From positions 1 to 59,036 of the forward strand of contig JAZBPO010000255.1 of assembly GCA_036351675.1 (NCBI GenBank): a stretch of 59,036 bases of DNA, written 5' to 3'. The translations under genes were made by a program, and so were the position numbers. How positions within the stretch are numbered: position 1 is the stretch's first letter; each line of letters starts with the position of its first letter. The notes below the pieces were generated by a model, which ran no database searches, had not been told where the DNA came from, and saw nothing but the letters and a program-made list of their open reading frames with translations. Origin of the DNA: Pseudomonadales bacterium. GTDB lineage: Bacteria > Pseudomonadota > Gammaproteobacteria > Pseudomonadales > Azotimanducaceae. Positions 57,167 through 59,036 of this stretch are shown piece after piece.

Positions 57167-57699
57167 TCGACCCGCTGATCGACACCGTGTTCGCGCTGGC
57201 GCTGGCCGCGCTCTTCGCCAGCACGGCGGTGCACAAGTTCCGCGAGGGCCCGCGCTTCGAGGCCCAGCTGTCCGAGTACCGGCTGTTGCCGGAGGGCTTC
57301 GTGGCGGCCGCCGCCAAGGCGCTCGCCTTCGTCGAGGCCGTGCTCGCCGTGACGCTCGTGCTGCCAGCGACGCGCGATCTCGCCGCCATCGAGGCGGCCC
57401 TCCTGCTCGCGTCCTACGCGGCGGCGATCGGGATCAACCTGCTGCGCGGCCGCGATCACATCGACTGTGGCTGCGGCGATGCGCCGACGCTGCTATCGCC
57501 CTGGCTACTGCTTCGCAATGCCGTGCTCGTCGGCGTCGCTGTGATGGTCGCGCTGCCCGAGTCCGCGCGTGCGTTCGGCGGGCTCGACTGGATGCTGGGC
57601 GCGTTCGGACTGGTCGCGCTGGTCCTGCTCTGGGCCGTGGTGGAACTGCTGCTCGCGAACGCCTCGGCGCTGCGTGAATGGAGCCAGGCCCGTGACTGA
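57163..57699 (+). CDS. mauE: Methylamine utilisation protein MauE-like membrane protein
   Basis: An ATGA overlap couples it to mauB. It is a 4-TM DoxX-like protein with HIDCGCG. Confidence 0.8.
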   Translation: MIDPLIDTVFALALAALFASTAVHKFREGPRFEAQLSEYRLLPEGFVAAAAKALAFVEAVLAVTLVLPATRDLAAIEAALLLASYAAAIGINLLRGRDHIDCGCGDAPTLLSPWLLLRNAVLVGVAVMVALPESARAFGGLDWMLGAFGLVALVLLWAVVELLLANASALREWSQARD

Positions 57700-58363
57700 A
57701 CTCCTCGTCGCCAGCATCTTCGTGCTCTGGTTCGTGGTGATCGTGCTCGCCTTCGTCGTCTTCGCGCTCGCGCGCCAGATCGGCGTCCTCCACGAACGCG
57801 TGGCGCCGGCGGGCGCGCTCATGCCCGGTTCCGGCCCCAAGGTCGGTGAGCTCGCGCCGCAGCTCGAGATCGCCGATCTCCATGGTGAGGAGGTGGTCGT
57901 CGGCGGCGCTGCGGACGCGGCGCAGATGATCCTCTTCGTCTCGCCCACCTGCCCGATCTGCAAGTCCCTCGTCCCCACGGCGAAGGCGCTCGCGCGCAGC
58001 GAGAAGGGCCGCCTGCGCCTGGTGTTCGCCTCCGACGGCGGTGAGCCCGAGCGTCATCTGCACTACGCTCGGGACATGGGCATCACGGGTCGGTATCCCT
58101 ACGTCGTCTCCCTCGAGCTCGGCATGAAGTTCGAGGTGGGCAAGCTGCCCTTCGCGGTGCTCATCGGCGCCGACGGTGTGCTGCGCTCGAAGGGTCTCGT
58201 GAACAGCCGCGAGCACCTCGAGTCGCTCGTCGAGGCGATGGATACGGGCTACGTCTCGATCCAGGACTACATGTTCGGTGAGGAGGGTGAGGGGACCGCC
58301 GACGCGGTCGTCGAAGTCACGCCCGAAGCAACTGTGGACCTTGCCAAGAAGGAGGCGTCATGA
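57692..58363 (+). CDS. mauD: MauD-like thioredoxin-fold accessory protein
   Basis: GTG 57692 overlaps the mauE end. An N-terminal TM is followed by the CxxC motif SPTCPICKS. Confidence 0.85.
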   Translation: MTELLVASIFVLWFVVIVLAFVVFALARQIGVLHERVAPAGALMPGSGPKVGELAPQLEIADLHGEEVVVGGAADAAQMILFVSPTCPICKSLVPTAKALARSEKGRLRLVFASDGGEPERHLHYARDMGITGRYPYVVSLELGMKFEVGKLPFAVLIGADGVLRSKGLVNSREHLESLVEAMDTGYVSIQDYMFGEEGEGTADAVVEVTPEATVDLAKKEAS

Positions 58364-58908
58364 GCGCTACCACGATGCTGGACGATCTGCTGACGGGCGT
58401 GGACCGTATCGCCGCGGGCGCGAGCCGCTGGCTCGCCAATCGCACTTCCCGGCGCTCCGTCCTCGGCCGCGCCGGTGCGGTGATGGTCGGCATGGGCGCC
58501 TTTCCGATGCTGCCCGTCTACCGCGAGGCGCAGGCCGCGGCCGACATCCCGGAGATGGGCGATCCGAACAGCTGCGAGTACTGGCGCTACTGCGCGTTCT
58601 CCGGAACGCTCTGCGGCTGCTGCGGTGGCAGTACCACGCAGTGCCCGCCGGGTTCCGAGACCGCCTCCGTCGCCTGGGTCGGCACCTGCCACAACCCCAC
58701 GGACGGCAAGGACTACCTCATCAGCTACAACGACTGCTGCGGTGCAGCCTCCTGCGGTCGCTGCGGCTGTCACCGTTCCGAAGGTGACAAGCCGGTCTAC
58801 TTCCCGTCGAAGTCCAACAGCATCCTCTGGTGCTTCGGTGCCAACAGCCACAGCTATCACTGCACGCTCGCGCTCGTCATCGGCGAGGCCGAGGAAAGCG
58901 CGGCCTGA
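58360..58908 (+). CDS. mauA: TTQ-dependent amine dehydrogenase light (small) subunit
   Basis: An ATGA overlap couples it to mauD. The Tat-like leader is SRRSVLGRAG. The Cys-rich core CEYWRYCAFSGTLCGCCGG...AWVGTCHNPTDGKDYLISYNDCCG...ILWCFG aligns with the Paracoccus MauA sequence as I recall it, including both TTQ Trp positions. Confidence 0.92.
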   Translation: MSATTMLDDLLTGVDRIAAGASRWLANRTSRRSVLGRAGAVMVGMGAFPMLPVYREAQAAADIPEMGDPNSCEYWRYCAFSGTLCGCCGGSTTQCPPGSETASVAWVGTCHNPTDGKDYLISYNDCCGAASCGRCGCHRSEGDKPVYFPSKSNSILWCFGANSHSYHCTLALVIGEAEESAA

Positions 58909-58916
58909 GCGCAGCC

Positions 58917-59036
58917 GTGAGAGACCTCCTGCTACCGGCTGGCCTCATCCTCCTCGCCGTACTGGCACTGCCGGCGACCGCGAGCCCACGCATCGACTAC
59001 CTGCTCTACTGCGGTGGCTGCCATCTCGAGAACGGC
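58917..59036 (+). CDS. c-type cytochrome, 5' partial (runs off the window end)
   Basis: GTG 58917 gives the signal peptide VRDLLLPAGLILLAVLALPATA. A CxxCH haem motif (YCGGCHLENG) follows. Confidence 0.6.
   Translation, partial: MRDLLLPAGLILLAVLALPATASPRIDYLLYCGGCHLENG

Overview
This is a visibly GC-rich window with strong G/C bias at third codon positions, from a Gram-negative, proteobacterium-like chromosome. I call about 48 protein-coding genes. I found no rRNA, tRNA, CRISPR array or recognisable IS or transposase by eye. Because of the GC bias, most very long ORFs in the six-frame track are antisense shadows of the real genes. Recognisable content, in order: (1) an ECF sigma factor with a convergent mini-ORF and a giant repeat lipoprotein; (2) a compositionally atypical asnB island; (3) a hydrolase-rich island holding a NYN-LOTUS protein, a TIR-TM-alpha/beta-hydrolase fusion, an S9 peptidase and a DUF900 hydrolase; (4) a cold-shock protein gene and a molybdo/2Fe-2S oxidoreductase pair; (5) a bidirectional locus of eight predicted envelope proteins (outer-membrane barrel, Tat-signal PLP enzyme, signal-peptide HpcH aldolase, two NHL propellers, a HupE/UreJ fusion); (6) a NUDIX / HslV-like Ntn hydrolase / small-ORF operon; (7) a serine hydrolase / aldolase / sulfatase operon; (8) a second ECF sigma and a TPR Ser/Thr kinase flanking an RND / LolA-like / outer-membrane operon; (9) about 4.9 kb of same-frame reading (45563..50425) for a multi-pass membrane protein, broken by a single in-frame TAG; (10) a nitroreductase / MFS / BaiN-like flavoprotein / methyltransferase operon; (11) an agmatinase-family gene followed by a mauB-E-D-A TTQ amine dehydrogenase cluster that runs off the window end. 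The best candidates for uncharacterised biology are the transmembrane TIR-hydrolase fusion with its peptidase partner, the kinase-adjacent giant membrane protein with a P-loop-less STAND-like module, the ATPase-less Ser1 HslV-like protease operon, and the free-standing kinase-N-terminus mini-ORF next to an ECF sigma. All functional calls come from motif recognition by eye, with no database search.
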